Source: the human T2T-CHM13v2.0 reference genome, Homo sapiens. From it: a stretch of DNA of 64,000 nucleotides. This document shows positions 1-14,000 of the stretch, piece by piece. A model generated the notes under the pieces. It saw only the letters and a list, made by a program, of their open reading frames with translations. It was not told the origin of the DNA and did not search any database. A program made the translations under genes and the position numbers. Where the stretch lies: the NCBI RefSeq assembly GCF_009914755.1, contig NC_060935.1. One strand, 5' to 3'. The number at the start of each line of letters is the position of its first letter. Position 1 is the stretch's first letter.

Positions 1-22
1 GACATTTGGAAGGATTTGAGGC

Positions 23-39
23 CTGTGGTGGAAAAGGAA
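23..39 (+). promoter_or_regulatory. pJ-alpha-like box of an A-type monomer, once per HOR
   Basis: CTGTGGTGGAAAAGGAA lies at the box position and resembles the A-type consensus CTAYGGTGRAAAAGGAA. Confidence 0.7.
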
Positions 40-192
40 AATCTTCACATAAAAACTAGATGGAAGCATTCTCAGAAACTACTTTGTGATGATTGCATTC
101 GACTCACAGAGTTGAACATTCCTATAGATAGAGCAGGTTGTAAACAATCTTTTTGTAGAATCTGCGATTGGAGATTTGGACTGCTTTGAGGC

Positions 193-209
193 CTACTGTA
201 GTAAAGGAA
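193..209 (+). promoter_or_regulatory. Diverged pJ-alpha-like box of the second A-type monomer, once per HOR
   Basis: CTACTGTAGTAAAGGAA lies at the box position and has no TTCG or CGGG core. Confidence 0.6.
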
Positions 210-363
210 ATAACTTCATCTAAAAACCAAACGGAAGCATTTACAGACAATTCTTAGTGATCATTGGATTGAACTAACAGAGCTGAACATTCCTTTAGAT
301 GGAGCAGTTTCCAAACCCACTTTCTGTAGAATCTGCAAGTGGATATTTGGACTTCTCTGAGGA

Positions 364-380
364 TTTCGTTGGAAACGGGA
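364..380 (+). promoter_or_regulatory. Canonical CENP-B box (box 1), repeated once per HOR
   Basis: TTTCGTTGGAAACGGGA is a perfect match to YTTCGTTGGAARCGGGA. Confidence 0.96.
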
Positions 381-530
381 TAAACTTCCCAGAACTACAG
401 GGAAGCATTGTGAGAAACTTCTTTGTGATGTTTGCATTCAACTCACAGAGTTGAACCTTGCTTTCATAGTTCAGCTTTCAAACACTCTTTTTGTAGAATC
501 TGCAAGTGGATATTTGGACCACTTTGTGGC

Positions 531-547
531 CTTCCTTCGAAACGGGT
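531..547 (+). promoter_or_regulatory. Degenerate CENP-B box in the middle B-type monomer, probably non-binding
   Basis: CTTCCTTCGAAACGGGT has TTCC in place of the core TTCG. It sits at the homologous monomer position, and the TTCC change is present in every unit read. Confidence 0.8.
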
Positions 548-701
548 ATATCTTCACATCAAACCTAGACAGAAGCATTCTCAGAATGTTTCCTGTGAAG
601 ACTGCATTCAACTCACAGAGATGAACAATCCTGTTGATGGAGCACTTTGGAAACTCTCTTTCTTGGGATTCTGCAAGTTGATATGTGGACCTCTGTGAAG
701 A

Positions 702-718
702 TTTCGTTGGAAACGGGT
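702..718 (+). promoter_or_regulatory. CENP-B box (box 2), repeated once per HOR
   Basis: TTTCGTTGGAAACGGGT retains all nine core positions of NTTCGNNNNANNCGGGN. Confidence 0.92.
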
Positions 719-3700
719 TCATCTTCACAGAAAAACTAAACAGAAGCATTCTCAAAAACTACTTTGTGATGTTTGTGTTCCACTTCAAGAATTGAACTTT
801 CCTCTTGACAGAGCAGCTCTGAAAACCTCTTTTTCTAGAATCTGCAAGTGGACATTTGGAGGGCTTTGAGGCCTGTGGTGGAAAAGGAAAATCTTCACAT
901 AAAAACTAGATGGAAGCATTCTCAGAAACTACTTTGGGATGATTGCATTCGACTCACAGAGTTGAACATTCCTATAGATAGAGCAGGTTGTAAACAATCT
1001 TTTTGTAGAAAATGCGATTGGAGATTTGGACTGCTTTGAGACCTACTGTAGTAAAGGAAATAACTTCATCTAAAAACCAAACGGAAGCATTCACAGACAA
1101 TTCTTAGTGATCATTGGATTGAACTAACAGAGCTGAACATTCCTTTAGATGGAGCAGTTTCCAAACCCACTTTCTGTAGAACCTGCAAGTGGATATTTGG
1201 ACCTCTCTGAGGATTTCGTTGGAAACGGGATAAACTTCCCAGAACTACACGGAAGCATTGTGAGAAACTTCTTTGTGATGTTTGCATTCAACTCACAGAG
1301 TTGAACCTTGCTTTCATAGTTCAGCTTTCAAACACTCTTTTTGTAGAATCTGCAAGTGGATATTTGGACCACTTTGTGGCCTTCCTTCGAAACGGGTATA
1401 TCTTCACATCAAACCTAGACAGAAGCATTCTCAGAATGTTTCCTGTGATGACTGCATTCAACTCACAGAGGTGAACAATCCTGCTGATGGAGCAGTTTTG
1501 AAACTCTCTTTCTTTGGATTCTGCAAGTGGATATGTGGACCTCTGTGAAGATTTCGTTGGAAACGGGTTCATCTTCACAGAAAAACTAAACAGAAACATT
1601 CTCACAAACTGCTTTGTGATGTTTGTGTTCCACTTCAGGAATTGAACTTTCCTCTTGACAGAGCAGCTCTGAAACCCTCTTATTCTAGAATCTGCAAGTG
1701 GACATTTGGAGGGCTTTGAGGCCTGTAGTGGAAAAGGAAAATCTTCACATAAAAACTAGATGGAAGCATTCTCAGAAACTACTTTGTGATGATTGCATTC
1801 GACTCACAGAGTTGAACATTCCTATAGATAGAGCAGGTTGTAAACAATCTTTTTGTAGAATCTGCGATTGGAGATTTGGACTGCTTTGAGGCCTACTGTA
1901 GTAAAGGAAATAACTTCATCTAAAAACCAAACGGAAGCATTCACAGACAATTCTTAGTGATCATTGGATTGAACTAACAGAGCTGAACATTCCTTTAGAT
2001 GGCGCAGTTTCCAAACACACTTTCTGTAGAATCTGCAAGTGGATATTTGGACTTCTCTGAGGATTTCGTTGGAAACGGGATAAACTTCCCAGAACTACAC
2101 GGAAGGATTGTGAGAAACTTCTTTGTGATGTTTGCATTCAACTCACAGAGTTGAAACTTGCTTTCATAGTTCAGCTTTCAAACACTCTTTTTGTAGAATC
2201 TGCAAGTGGATATTTGGACCACTTTGTGGCCTTCCTTCGAAACGGGTATATCTTCACATCAAACCTAGACATAAGCATTCTCAGAATGTTTCCTGTGAAG
2301 ACTGCATTCAACTCACAGAGATGAACAATCCTGTTGATGGAGCACTTTGGAAACTCTCTTTCTTTGGATTCTGCAAGTTGATATGTGGACCTCTGTGAAG
2401 ATTTCGTTGGAAACGGATTCATCTTCACAGAAAAACTAAACAGAAGCATTCTCAAAAACTACTTTGTGATGTTTGTGTTCCACTTCAAGAATTGAACTTT
2501 CCTCTTGACAGAGCAGTTCTGAAAACCTCTTTTTCTAGAATCTGCAAGTGGACATTTGGAGGGCTTTGAGGCCTGTGGTGGAAAAGGAAAATCTTCACAT
2601 AAAAACTAGATGGAAGCATTCTCAGAAACTACTTTGTGATGATTGCATTCGACTCACAGAGTTGAACATTCCTATAGATAGAGCAGGTTGTAAACAATCT
2701 TTTTGTAGAATCTGCGATTGGAGATTCGGACTGCTTTGAGGCCTACTGTAGTAAAGGAAATAACTTCATCTAAAAACCAAACGGAAGCATTCACAGACAA
2801 TTCTTAGTGATCATTGCATTGAACTAACAGAGCTGAACATTCCTTTACATGGCGCAGTTTCCAAACACACTTTCTGTAGAATCTGCAAGTGGATATTTGG
2901 ACCTCTCTGAGGATTTCGTTGGAAACGGGATAAACTTCCCAGAACTACACGGAAGCATGCTGAGAAACTTCTTTGTGATGTTTGCATTCAACTCACAGAG
3001 TTGAACCTTGCTTTCATAGTTCAGCTTTCAAACACTTTTTTTGTAGAATCTGCAAGTGGATATTTGGACCACTTTGTGGCCTTCCTTCGAAACGGGTATA
3101 TCTTCACATCAAACCTAGACAGAAGCATTCTCAGAATGTTTCCTGTGATGACTGCATTCAACTCACAGAGGTGAACAATCCTGCTGACGGAGGAGTTTTG
3201 AAACTCTCTTTCTTTGGATTCTGCAAGTGGATATGTGGACCTCTGTGAAGATTTCGTTGGAAACGGGTTCATCTTCACAGAAAAACTAAACAGAAGCATT
3301 CTCAGAAACTGCTTTGTGATGTTTGTGTTCCACTTCAGGAATTGAACTTTCCTCTTGACAGAGCAGCTCTGAAACCCTCTTATTCTAGAATCTGCAAGTG
3401 GACATTTGGAGGGCTTTGAGGCCTGTGGTGGAAAAGGAAAATCTTCACATAAAAACTAGATGGAAGCATTCTCAGAAACTACTTTGTGATGATGGCTTTC
3501 GACTCACAGAGTTGAACATTCCTATAGATAGAGCAGGTTGTAAACAATCTTTTTGTAGAATCTGCGATTGGAGATTTGGACTGCTTTGAGGCCTACTGTA
3601 GTAAAGGAAATAACTTCATCTAAAAACCAAACGGAAGCATTCACAGACAATACTTAGTGATCATTGGATTGAACTAACAGAGCTGAACATTCCTTTAGAT

Positions 3701-6700
3701 GGAGCAGTTTCCAAACACACTTTCTGTAGAATCTGCAAGTGGATATTTGGACTTCTCTGAGGATTTCGTTGGAAACGGGATAAAATTCCCAGAACTACAC
3801 GGAAGCATTCTGAGAAACTTCTTTGTAATGTTTGCATTCAACTCACAGAGTTGAACCTTGCTTTCATAGTTCAGCTTTCAAACACTCTTTTTGTACAATC
3901 TGCAAGTGGATATTTGGACCACTTTGTGGCCTTCCTTCGAAACGGGTATATCTTCATATCAAACCTAGACAGAAGCATTCTCAGAATGTTTCCTGTGATG
4001 ACTGCATTCAACTCACAGAGGTGAACAATCCTGCTGATGGAGCAGTTTTGAAACTCTCTTTCTTTGGATTCTGCAAGTGGATATGTGGACCTCTGTGAAG
4101 ATTTCGTTGGAAACGGGTTCATCTTCACAGAAAAACTAAACAGGAGCATTCTCAGAAAGTGCTTTGTGATGTTTGTGTTCCACTTCAGGAATTGAACTTT
4201 CCTCTTGACAGAGCAGCTCTGAAACCCTCTTTTTCTAGAATCTGCAAGTGGACATTTGGAGGGCTTTGAGGCCTGTGGTGGAAAAGGAAAATCTTCACAT
4301 AAAAACTAGATGGAAGCATTCTCAGAAACTACTTTGTGATGATTGCATTCGACTCACAGAGTTGAACATTCCTATAGATAGAGCAGGTTGTAAACAATCT
4401 TTTTGTAGAATCTGCGATTGGAGATTTGGACTGCTTTGAGGCCTACTGTAGTAGAGGAAATAACTTCATCTAAAAACCAAACGGAAGCATTCACAGACAA
4501 TTCTTAGTGATCATTGCATTGAACTAACAGAGCTGAACATTCCTTTAGATGGAGCAGTTTCCAAACACACTTTCTGTAGAATCTGCAAGTGGATATTTGG
4601 ACTTCTCTGAGGATTTCGTTAGAAATGGGATAAACTTCCCAGAACTACACGGAAGCATTCTGAGAAACTTCTTTGTGATGTTTGCATTCAACTCACAGAG
4701 TTGAACCTTGCTTTCATAGTTCAGCTTTCAAACACTCTTTTTGTAGAATCTGCAAGTGGATATTTGGACCACTTTGTGGCCTTCCTTCGAAACGGGTATA
4801 TCTTCACATCAAACCTAGACAGAAGCATTCTCAGAATGTTTCCTGTGATGACTGCATTCAACTCACAGAGGTGAACAATCCTGTTGATGGAGCAGTTTTG
4901 AAACTCTCTTTCTTTGGATTCTGCAAGTTGATATGTGGACCTCTGTGAAGATTTCGTTGGAAACGGGTTCATCTTCACAGAAAAACTAAACAGAATCATT
5001 CTCAGAAACTGCTTTGTGATGTTTGTGTTCCACTTCAAGAATTGAACTTTCCTCTTGACAGAGCAGCTCTGAAACCCTCTTTTTCTAGAATCTGCAAGTG
5101 GACATTTGGAGGGCTTTGAGGTCTGTGGTGGAAAAGGAAAATCTTCACATAAAAACTAGATGGAAGCATTCTCAGAAACTACTTTGTGATGATTGCATTC
5201 GACTCACAGAGTTGAACATTCCTATAGATAGAGCAGGTTGTAAACAATCTTTTTGTAGAATCTGCGATTGGAGATTTGGACTGCTTTGAGGCCTACTGTA
5301 GTAAAGGAAATAACTTCATCTAAAAACCAAACGGAAGCATTCACAGACAATTCTTAGTGATCATTGCATTGAACTAACAGAGCTGAACATTCCTTTAGAT
5401 GGAGCAGTTTCCAAACACACTTTTTGTAGAATCTGCAAGTGGATATTTGGACTTCTCTGAGGATTTCGTTGGAAACGGGATAAACTTCCCAGAACTACAC
5501 GGAAGCATTGTGAGAAACTTCTTTGTGATGTTTGCATTCAACTCACAGAGTTGAACCTTGCTTTCATAGTTCAGCTTTCAAACACTCTTTTTGTAGAATC
5601 TGCAAGTGCATATTTGGACCACTTTGTGGCCTTCCTTCGAAACGGGTATATCTTCACATCAAACCTAGACAGAAGCATTCTCAGAATGTTTCCTGTGAAG
5701 ACTGCATTCAACTCACAGAGATGAACAATCCTGTTGATGGAGCACTTTGGAAACTCTCTTTCTTGGGATTCTGCAAGTTGATATGTGGACCTCTGTGAAG
5801 ATTTCTTTGGAAACGTGTTCATCTTCACAGAAAAACTAAACAGAAGCATTCTCAAAAACTACTTTGTGATGTTTGTGTTCCACTTCAAGAATTGAACTTT
5901 CCTCTTGACAGAGCAGCTCTGAAAACCTCTTTTTCTAGAATCTGCAAGTGGACATTTGGAGGGCTTTGAGGCCTGTGGTGGAAAAGGAAAATCTTCACAT
6001 AAAAACTAGATGGAAGCATTCTCAGAAACTACTTTGTGATGATTGCATTCGACTCACAGAGTTGAACATTCCTATAGATAGAGCAGGTTGTAAACAATCT
6101 TTTTGTAGAATCTGCGATTGGAGATTCGGACTGCTTTGAGGCCTACTGTAGTAGAGGAAATAACTTCATCTAAAAACCAAACGGAAGCATTCACAGACAA
6201 TTCTTAGTGATCATTGCATTGAACTAACAGAGCTGAACATTCCTTTAGATGGCGCAGTTTCCAAACACACTTTCTGTAGAATCTGCAAGTGGATATTTGG
6301 ACCTCTCTGAGGATTTCGTTAGAAACGGGATAAACTTCCCAGAACTACACGGAAGCATGCTGAGAAACTTCTTTGTGATGTTTGCATTCAACTCACAGAG
6401 TTGAACCTTGCTTTCATAGTTCAGCTTTCAAACACTCTTTTTGTAGAATCTGCAAGTGGATATTTGGACCACTTTGTGGCCTTCCTTCGAAACGGGTATA
6501 TCTTCACATCAAACCTAGACAGAAGCATTCTCAGAATGTTTCCTGTGAAGACTGCATTCAACTCACAGAGATGAACAATCCTGTTGATGGAGCACTTTGG
6601 AAACTCTCTTTCTTGGGATTCTGCAAGTTGATATGTGGACCTCTGTGAAGATTTCGTTGGAAACGGGTTCATCTTCACAGAAAAACTAAACAGAAGCATT

Positions 6701-9700
6701 CTCAAAAACTACTTTGTGATGTTTGTGTTCCACTTCAAGAATTGAACTTTCCTCTTGACAGAGCAGCTCTGAAAACCTCTTTTTCTAGAATCTGCAAGTG
6801 GACATTTGGAGGGCTTTGAGGCCTGTGGTGGAAAAGGAAAATCTTCACATAAAAACTAGATGGAAGCATTCTCAGAAACTACTTTGGGATGATTGCATTC
6901 GACTCACAGAGTTGAACATTCCTATAGATAGAGCAGGTTGTAAACAATCTTTTTGTAGAAAATGCGATTGGAGATTTGGACTGCTTTGAGACCTACTGTA
7001 GTAAAGGAAATAACTTCATCTAAAAACCAAACGGAAGCATTCACAGACAATTCTTAGTGATCATTGGATTGAACTAACAGAGCTGAACATTCCTTTAGAT
7101 GGAGCAGTTTCCAAACCCACTTTCTGTAGAATCTGCAAGTGGATATTTGGACTTCTCTGAGGATTTCGTTGGAAACGGGATAAACTTCCCAGAACTACAC
7201 GGAAGCATTGTGAGAAACTTCTTTGTGATGTTTGCATTCATCTCACAGAGTTGAACCTTGCTTTCATAGTTCAGCTTTCAAACACTCTTTTTGTAGAATC
7301 TGCAAGTGGATATTTGGACCACTTTGTGGCCTTCCTTCGAAACGGGTATATCTTCACATCAAACCTAGACAGAAGCATTCTCAGAATGTTTCCTGTGATG
7401 ACTGCATTCAACTCACAGAGGTGAACAATCCTGCTGATGGAGCAGTTTTGAAACTCTCTTTCTTTGGATTCTGCAAGTGGATATGTGGACCTCTGTGAAG
7501 ATTTCGTTGGAAACGGGTTCATCTTCACAGAAAAACTAAACAGAAGCATTCTCAGAAACTGCTTTGTGATGTTTGTGTTCCACTTCAGGAATTGAACTTT
7601 CCTCTTGACAGAGCAGCTCTGAAACCCTCTTATTCTAGAATCTGCAAGTGGACATTTGGAGGGCTTTGAGGCCTGTGGTGGAAAAGGAAAATCTTCACAT
7701 AAAAACTAGATGGAAGCATTCTCAGAAACTACTTTGTGATGATTGCATTCGACTCACAGAGTTGAACATTCCTATAGATAGAGCAGGTTGTAAACAATCT
7801 TTTTGTAGAATCTGCGATTGGAGATTTGGACTGCTTTGAGTCCTACTGTAGTAAAGGAAATAACTTCATCTAAAAACCAAACGGAAGCATTCACAGACAA
7901 TTCTTAGTGATCATTGCATTGAACTAACAGAGCTGAACATTCCTTTAGATGCAGCAGTTTCCAAACACACTTTCTGTAGAACCTGCAAGTGGATATTTGG
8001 ACCTCTCTGAGGATTTCGTTGGAAACGGGATAAACTTCCCAGAACTACACGGAAGCATTGTGAGAAACTTCTTTGTGATGTTTGCATTCAACTCACAGAG
8101 TTGAACCTTGCTTTCATAGTTCAGCTTTCAAACACTCTTTTTGTAGAATCTGCAAGTGGATATTTGGACCACTTTGTGGCCTTCCTTCGAAACGGGTATA
8201 TCTTCACATCAAACCTAGACAGAAGCATTCTCAGAATGTTTCCTGTGATGACTGCATTCAACTCACAGAGGTGAACAATCCTGCTGATGGAGCAGTTTTG
8301 AAACTCTCTTTCTTTGGATTCTGCAAGTGGATATGTGGACCTCTGTGAAGATTTCGTTGGAAACGGGTTCATCTTCACAGAAAAACTAAACAGAAACATT
8401 CTCACAAACTGCTTTGTGATGTTTGTGTTCCACTTCAGGAATTGAACTTTCCTCTTGACAGAGCAGCTCTGAAACCCTCTTATTCTAGAATCTGCAAGTG
8501 GACATTTGGAGGGCTTTGAGGCCTGTGGTGGAAAAGGAAAATCTTCACATAAAAACTAGATGGAAGCATTCTCAGAAACTACTTTGTGATGATTGCATTC
8601 GACTCACAGAGTTGAACATTCCTATAGATAGAGCAGGTTGTAAACAATCTTTTTGTAGAATCTGCGATTGGAGATTCGGACTGCTTTGAGGCCTACTGTA
8701 GTAAAGGAAATAACTTCATCTAAAAACCAAACGGAAGCATTCACAGACAATTCTTAGTGATCATTGCATTGAACTAACAGAGCTGAACATTCCTTTACAT
8801 GGCGCAGTTTCCAAACACACTTTCTGTAGAATCTGCAAGTGGATATTTGGACCTCTCTGAGGATTTCGTTGGAAACGGGATAAACTTCCCAGAACTACAC
8901 GGAAGCATGCTGAGAAACTTCTTTGTGATGTTTGCATTCAACTCACAGAGTTGAACCTTGCTTTCATAGTTCAGCTTTCAAACACTTTTTTTGTAGAATC
9001 TGCAAGTGGATATTTGGACCACTTTGTGGCCTTCCTTCGAAACGGGTATATCTTCACATCAAACCTAGACAGAAGCATTCTCAGAATGTTTCCTGTGATG
9101 ACTGCATTCAACTCACAGAGGTGAACAATCCTGCTGACGGAGGAGTTTTGAAACTCTCTTTCTTTGGATTCTGCAAGTGGATATGTGGACCTCTGTGAAG
9201 ATTTCGTTGGAAACGGGTTCATCTTCACAGAAAAACTAAACAGAAGCATTCTCAGAAACTGCTTTGTGATGTTTGTGTTCCACTTCAGGAATTGAACTTT
9301 CCTCTTGACAGAGCAGCTCTGAAACCCTCTTATTCTAGAATCTGCAAGTGGACATTTGGAGGGCTTTGAGGCCTGTGGTGGAAAAGGAAAATCTTCACAT
9401 AAAAACTAGATGGAAGCATTCTCAGAAACTACTTTGTGATGATTGCATTCGACTCACAGAGTTGAACATTCCTATAGATAGAGCAGGTTGTAAACAATCT
9501 TTTTCTAGAATCTGCTATTGGAGATTTGGACTCCTTTGAGGCCTACTGTAGTAAAGGAAATAACTTCATCTAAAAACCAAACGGAAGCATTCACAGACAA
9601 TTCTCAGGATCATTGGATTGAACTAACAGAGCTGAACATTCCTTTAGATGGAGCAGTTTCCAAACACACTTTCTGTAGAATCTGCAAGTGGATATTTGGA

Positions 9701-11001
9701 CTTCTCTGAGAATTTCGTTGGAAAAGGGATAAACTTCCCAGAACTACACGGAAGCATTGTGAGAAACTTCTTTGTGATGTTTGCATTCAACTCACAGAGT
9801 TGAACCTTGCTTTCATAGTTCAGCTTTCAAACACTCTTTTTGTAGAATCTGCAAGTGGATATTTGGACCACTTTGTGGCCTTCCTTCGAAACGGGTATAT
9901 CTTCACATCAAACCTAGACAGAAGCATTCTCAGAATGTTTCCTGTGATGACTGCATTCAACTCACAGAGGTGAACAATCCTGCTGATGGAGCAGTTTTGA
10001 AACTCTCTTTCTTTGGATTCTGCAAGTGGATATGTGGACCTCTGTGAAGATTTCGTTGGAAACGGGTTCATCTTCACAGAAAAACTAAACAGGAGCATTC
10101 TCAGAAACTGCTTTGTGATGTTTGTGTTCCACTTCAAGAATTGAACTTTCCTCTTGACAGAGCAGCTCTGAAACCCTCTTTTCCTAGAATCTGCAAGTGG
10201 ACATTTGGAAGGATTTGAGGCCTGTGGTGGAAAAGGAAAATCTTCACATAAAAACTAGATGGAAGCATTCTCAGAAACTACTTTGTGATGATTGCATTCG
10301 ACTCACAGAGTTGAACATTCCTATAGATAGAGCAGGTTGTAAACAATCTTTTTGTAGAATCTGCGATTGGAGATTTGGACTGCTTTGAGGCCTACTGTAG
10401 TAAAGGAAATAACTTCATCTAAAAACCAAACGGAAGCATTTACAGACAATTCTTAGTGATCATTGGATTGAACTAACAGAGCTGAACATTCCTTTAGATG
10501 GAGCAGTTTCCAAACCCACTTTCTGTAGAATCTGCAAGTGGATATTTGTACTTCTCTGAGGATTTCGTTGGAAACGGGATAAACTTCCCAGAACTACAGG
10601 GAAGCATTGTGAGAAACTTCTTTGTGATGTTTGCATTCAACTCAAAGAGTTGAACCTTGTTTTCATAGTTCAGCTTTCAAACACTCTTTTTGTAGAATCT
10701 GCAAGTGGATATTTGGACCACTTTGTGGCCTTCCTTCGAAACGGGTATATCTTCACATCAAACCTAGACAGAAGCATTCTCAGAATGTTTCCTGTGATGA
10801 CAGCATTCAACTCACAGAGGTGAACAATCCTGTTGATGGAGCACTTTTGAAACTCTCTTTCTTTGGATTCTGCAAGTTGATATGTGGACCTCTGTGAAGA
10901 TTTCGTTGGAAACGGGTTCATCTTCACAGAAAAACTAAACAGAAGCATTCTCAGAAACTACTTTGTGATGTTTGTGTTCCACTTCAAGAATTGAACTTTC
11001 C

Positions 11002-14000
11002 TCTTGACAGAGCAGCTCTGAAACCCTCTTTTTCTAGAATCTGCAAGTGGACATTTGGAGGGCTTTGAGGCCTGTGGTGGAAAAGGAAAATCTTCACATA
11101 AAAACTAGATGGAAGCATTCTCAGAAACTACTTTGTGATGATTGCATTCGTCTCACAGAGTTGAACATTCCTATAGATAGAGCAGGTTGTAAACAATCTT
11201 TTTGTAGAATCTGCGATTGGAGATTTGGACTGCTTGGAGGCCTACTGTAGTAAAGTAAATAACTTCATCTAAAAACCAAACGGAAGCATTCACAGACAAT
11301 TCTTAGTGATCATTGCATTGAACTAACAGAGCTGAACATTCCTTTAGATGGCGCAGTTTCCGAACACACTTTCTGTAGAATCTGCAAGTGGATATTTGGA
11401 CCTCTCTGAGGATTTCGTTAGAAAAGGGATAAACTTCCCAGAACTACACGGAAGCATGCTGAGAAACTTCTTTGTGATGTTTGCATTCAACTCACAGAGT
11501 TGAACCTTGCTTTCATAGTTCAGCTTTCAAACACTCTTTTTGTAGAATCTGCAAGTGGATATTTGGACCACTTTGTGGCCTTCCTTCGAAACGGGTATAT
11601 CTTCACATCAAACCTAGACAGAAGCATTCTCAGAATGTTTCCTGTGATGACTGCATTCAACTCACAGAGGTGAACAATCCTGCTGATGGAGCACATTTGA
11701 AACTCTCTTTCTTTGGATTCTGCAAGTGGATATGTGGACCTCTGTGAAGATTTCGTTGGAAACGGGTTCATCTTCACAGAAAAACTAAACAGAAGCATTC
11801 TCAGAAACTGCTTTGTGATGTTTGTGTTCCACTTCAGGAATTGAACTTTCCTCTTGACAGAGCAGCTCTGAAACCCTCTTATTCTAGAATCTGCAAGTGG
11901 ACATTTGGAGGGCTTTGAGGCCTGTGGTGGAAAAGGAAAATCTTCACATAAAAACTAGATGGAAGCATTCTCAGAAACTACTTTGTGATGATTGCATTCG
12001 ACTCACAGAGTTGAACATTCCTATAGATAGAGCAGGTTGTAAACAATCTTTTTGTAGAAAATGCGATTGGAGATTTGGACTGCTTTGAGGCCTACTGTAG
12101 TAAAGGAAATAACTTCATCTAAAAACCAAACGGAAGCATTCACAGACAATTCTTAGTGATCATTGGATTGAACTAACAGAGCTGAACATTCCTTTAGATG
12201 GAGCAGTTTCCAAACCCACTTTCTGTAGAATCTGCAAGTGGATATTTGGACTTCTCTGAGGATTTCGTGGGAAACGGGATAAACTTCCCAGAACTACACG
12301 GAAGCATTGTGAGAAACTTCTTTGTGATGTTTGCATTCAACTCACAGAGTTGAACCTTGCTTTCATAGTTCAGCTTTCAAACACTCTTTTTGTAGAATCT
12401 GCAAGTGGATATTTGGACCACTTTGTGGCCTTCCTTCGAAACGGGTATATCTTCACATCAAACCTAGACAGAAGCATTCTCAGAATGTTTCCTGTGATGA
12501 CTGCATTCAACTCACAGAGGTGAACAATCCTGCTGATGGAGCAGTTTTGAAACTCTCTTTCTTTGGATTCTGCAAGTGGATATGTGGACCTCTGTGAAGA
12601 TTTCGTTGGAAACGGGTTCATCTTCACAGAAAAACTAAACAGGAGCATTCTCAGAAACTGCTTTGTGATGTTTGTGTTCCACTTCAAGAATTGAACTTTC
12701 CTCTTGACAGAGCAGCTCTGAAACCCTCTTTTTCTAGAATCTGCAAGTGGACATTTGGAGGGCTTTGAGGCCTGTGGTGGAAAAGGAAAATCTTCACATA
12801 AAAACTTTATGGAAGCATTCTCAGAAACTTCTTTGTGATGATTGCATTCGACTCACAGAGTTGAACATTCCTATAGATAGAGCAGGTTGTAAACAATCTT
12901 TTTGTAGAATCTGCGATTGGAGATTTGGACTGCTTTGAGGCCTACTGTAGTAAAGGAAATTACTTCATCTAAAAACGAAACGGAAGCATTCACAGACAAT
13001 TCTTAGTGATCATTGGATTGAACTAACAGAGCTGAACACTCCTTTAGATGGAGCAGTTTCCAAACCCACTTTCTGTAGAATCTGCAAGTGGATATTTGGA
13101 CCTCTGTGAGGATTTCGTTGGAAACGGGATAAACTTCCCAGAACTACACGGAAGCATTGTGAGAAACTTCTTTGTGATGTTTGCATTCAACTCACAGAGT
13201 TGAACCTTGTTTTCATAGTTCAGCTTTCAAACACTCTTTTTGTAGAATCTGCAAGTGGATATTTGGACCACTTTGTGGCCTTCCTTCGAAACGGGTATAT
13301 CTTCACATCAAACCTAGACAGAAACATTCTCAGAATGTTTCCTGTGATGACTGCATTCAACTCACAGAGGTGAACACTCCTGTTGATGGAGCACTTTTGA
13401 AACTCTCTTTCTTTGGATTCTGCAAGTTGATATGTGGACCTCTGTGAAGATTTCGTTGGAAACGGGTTCATCTTCACAGAAAAATTAAACAGAAGCATTC
13501 TCAGAAACTACTTTGTGATGTTTGTGTTCCACTTCAAGAATTGAACTTTCCTCTTGACAGAGCAGCTCTGAAACCCTCTTTTTCTAGAATCTGCAAGTGG
13601 ACATTTGGAGGGCTTTGAGGCCTGTGGTGGAAAAGGAAAATCTTCACATGAAAACTAGATGGAAGCATTCTCAGAAACTACTTTGTGATGATTGCATTCG
13701 ACTCACAGAGTTGAACATTCCTATAGATAGAGCAGGTTGTAAACAATCTTTTTGTAGAATCTGCGATTGGAGATTTGGATTGCTTTGAGGCCTACTGTAG
13801 TAAAGGAAATAACTTCATCTAAAAACCAAACGGAAGCATTCACAGAAAATTCTTAGTGATCATTGCATTGAACTAACAGAGGTGAACATTCCTTTAGATG
13901 GCGCAGTTTCCAAACACACTTTCTGTAGAATCTGCAAGTGGATATTTGGACCTCTCTGAGGATTTCGTTGGAAACGGGATAAACTTCCCAGAACTACACG

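Larger units (their letters stand above)
64..913 (+). repeat. Representative HOR unit made of five diverged monomers (171, 168, 170, 171, 170 bp)
   Basis: The AAGCATT anchor lies at 64, 235, 403, 573, 744 and 914, and the spacings sum to 850. Monomers within a unit are clearly diverged, while HOR copies differ by only a few bases. Confidence 0.95.

Noticed and set aside
123-133. TATAGATAGAG as a TATA box or microsatellite
   Set aside because: It is a fixed part of one monomer, with no length variation or promoter context.
437-455. Dyad TTCAACTC-ACA-GAGTTGAA as a terminator or structured RNA
   Set aside because: The short inverted repeat is real, but it is a general feature of alpha-satellite monomers. 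Nothing indicates a transcription unit here.
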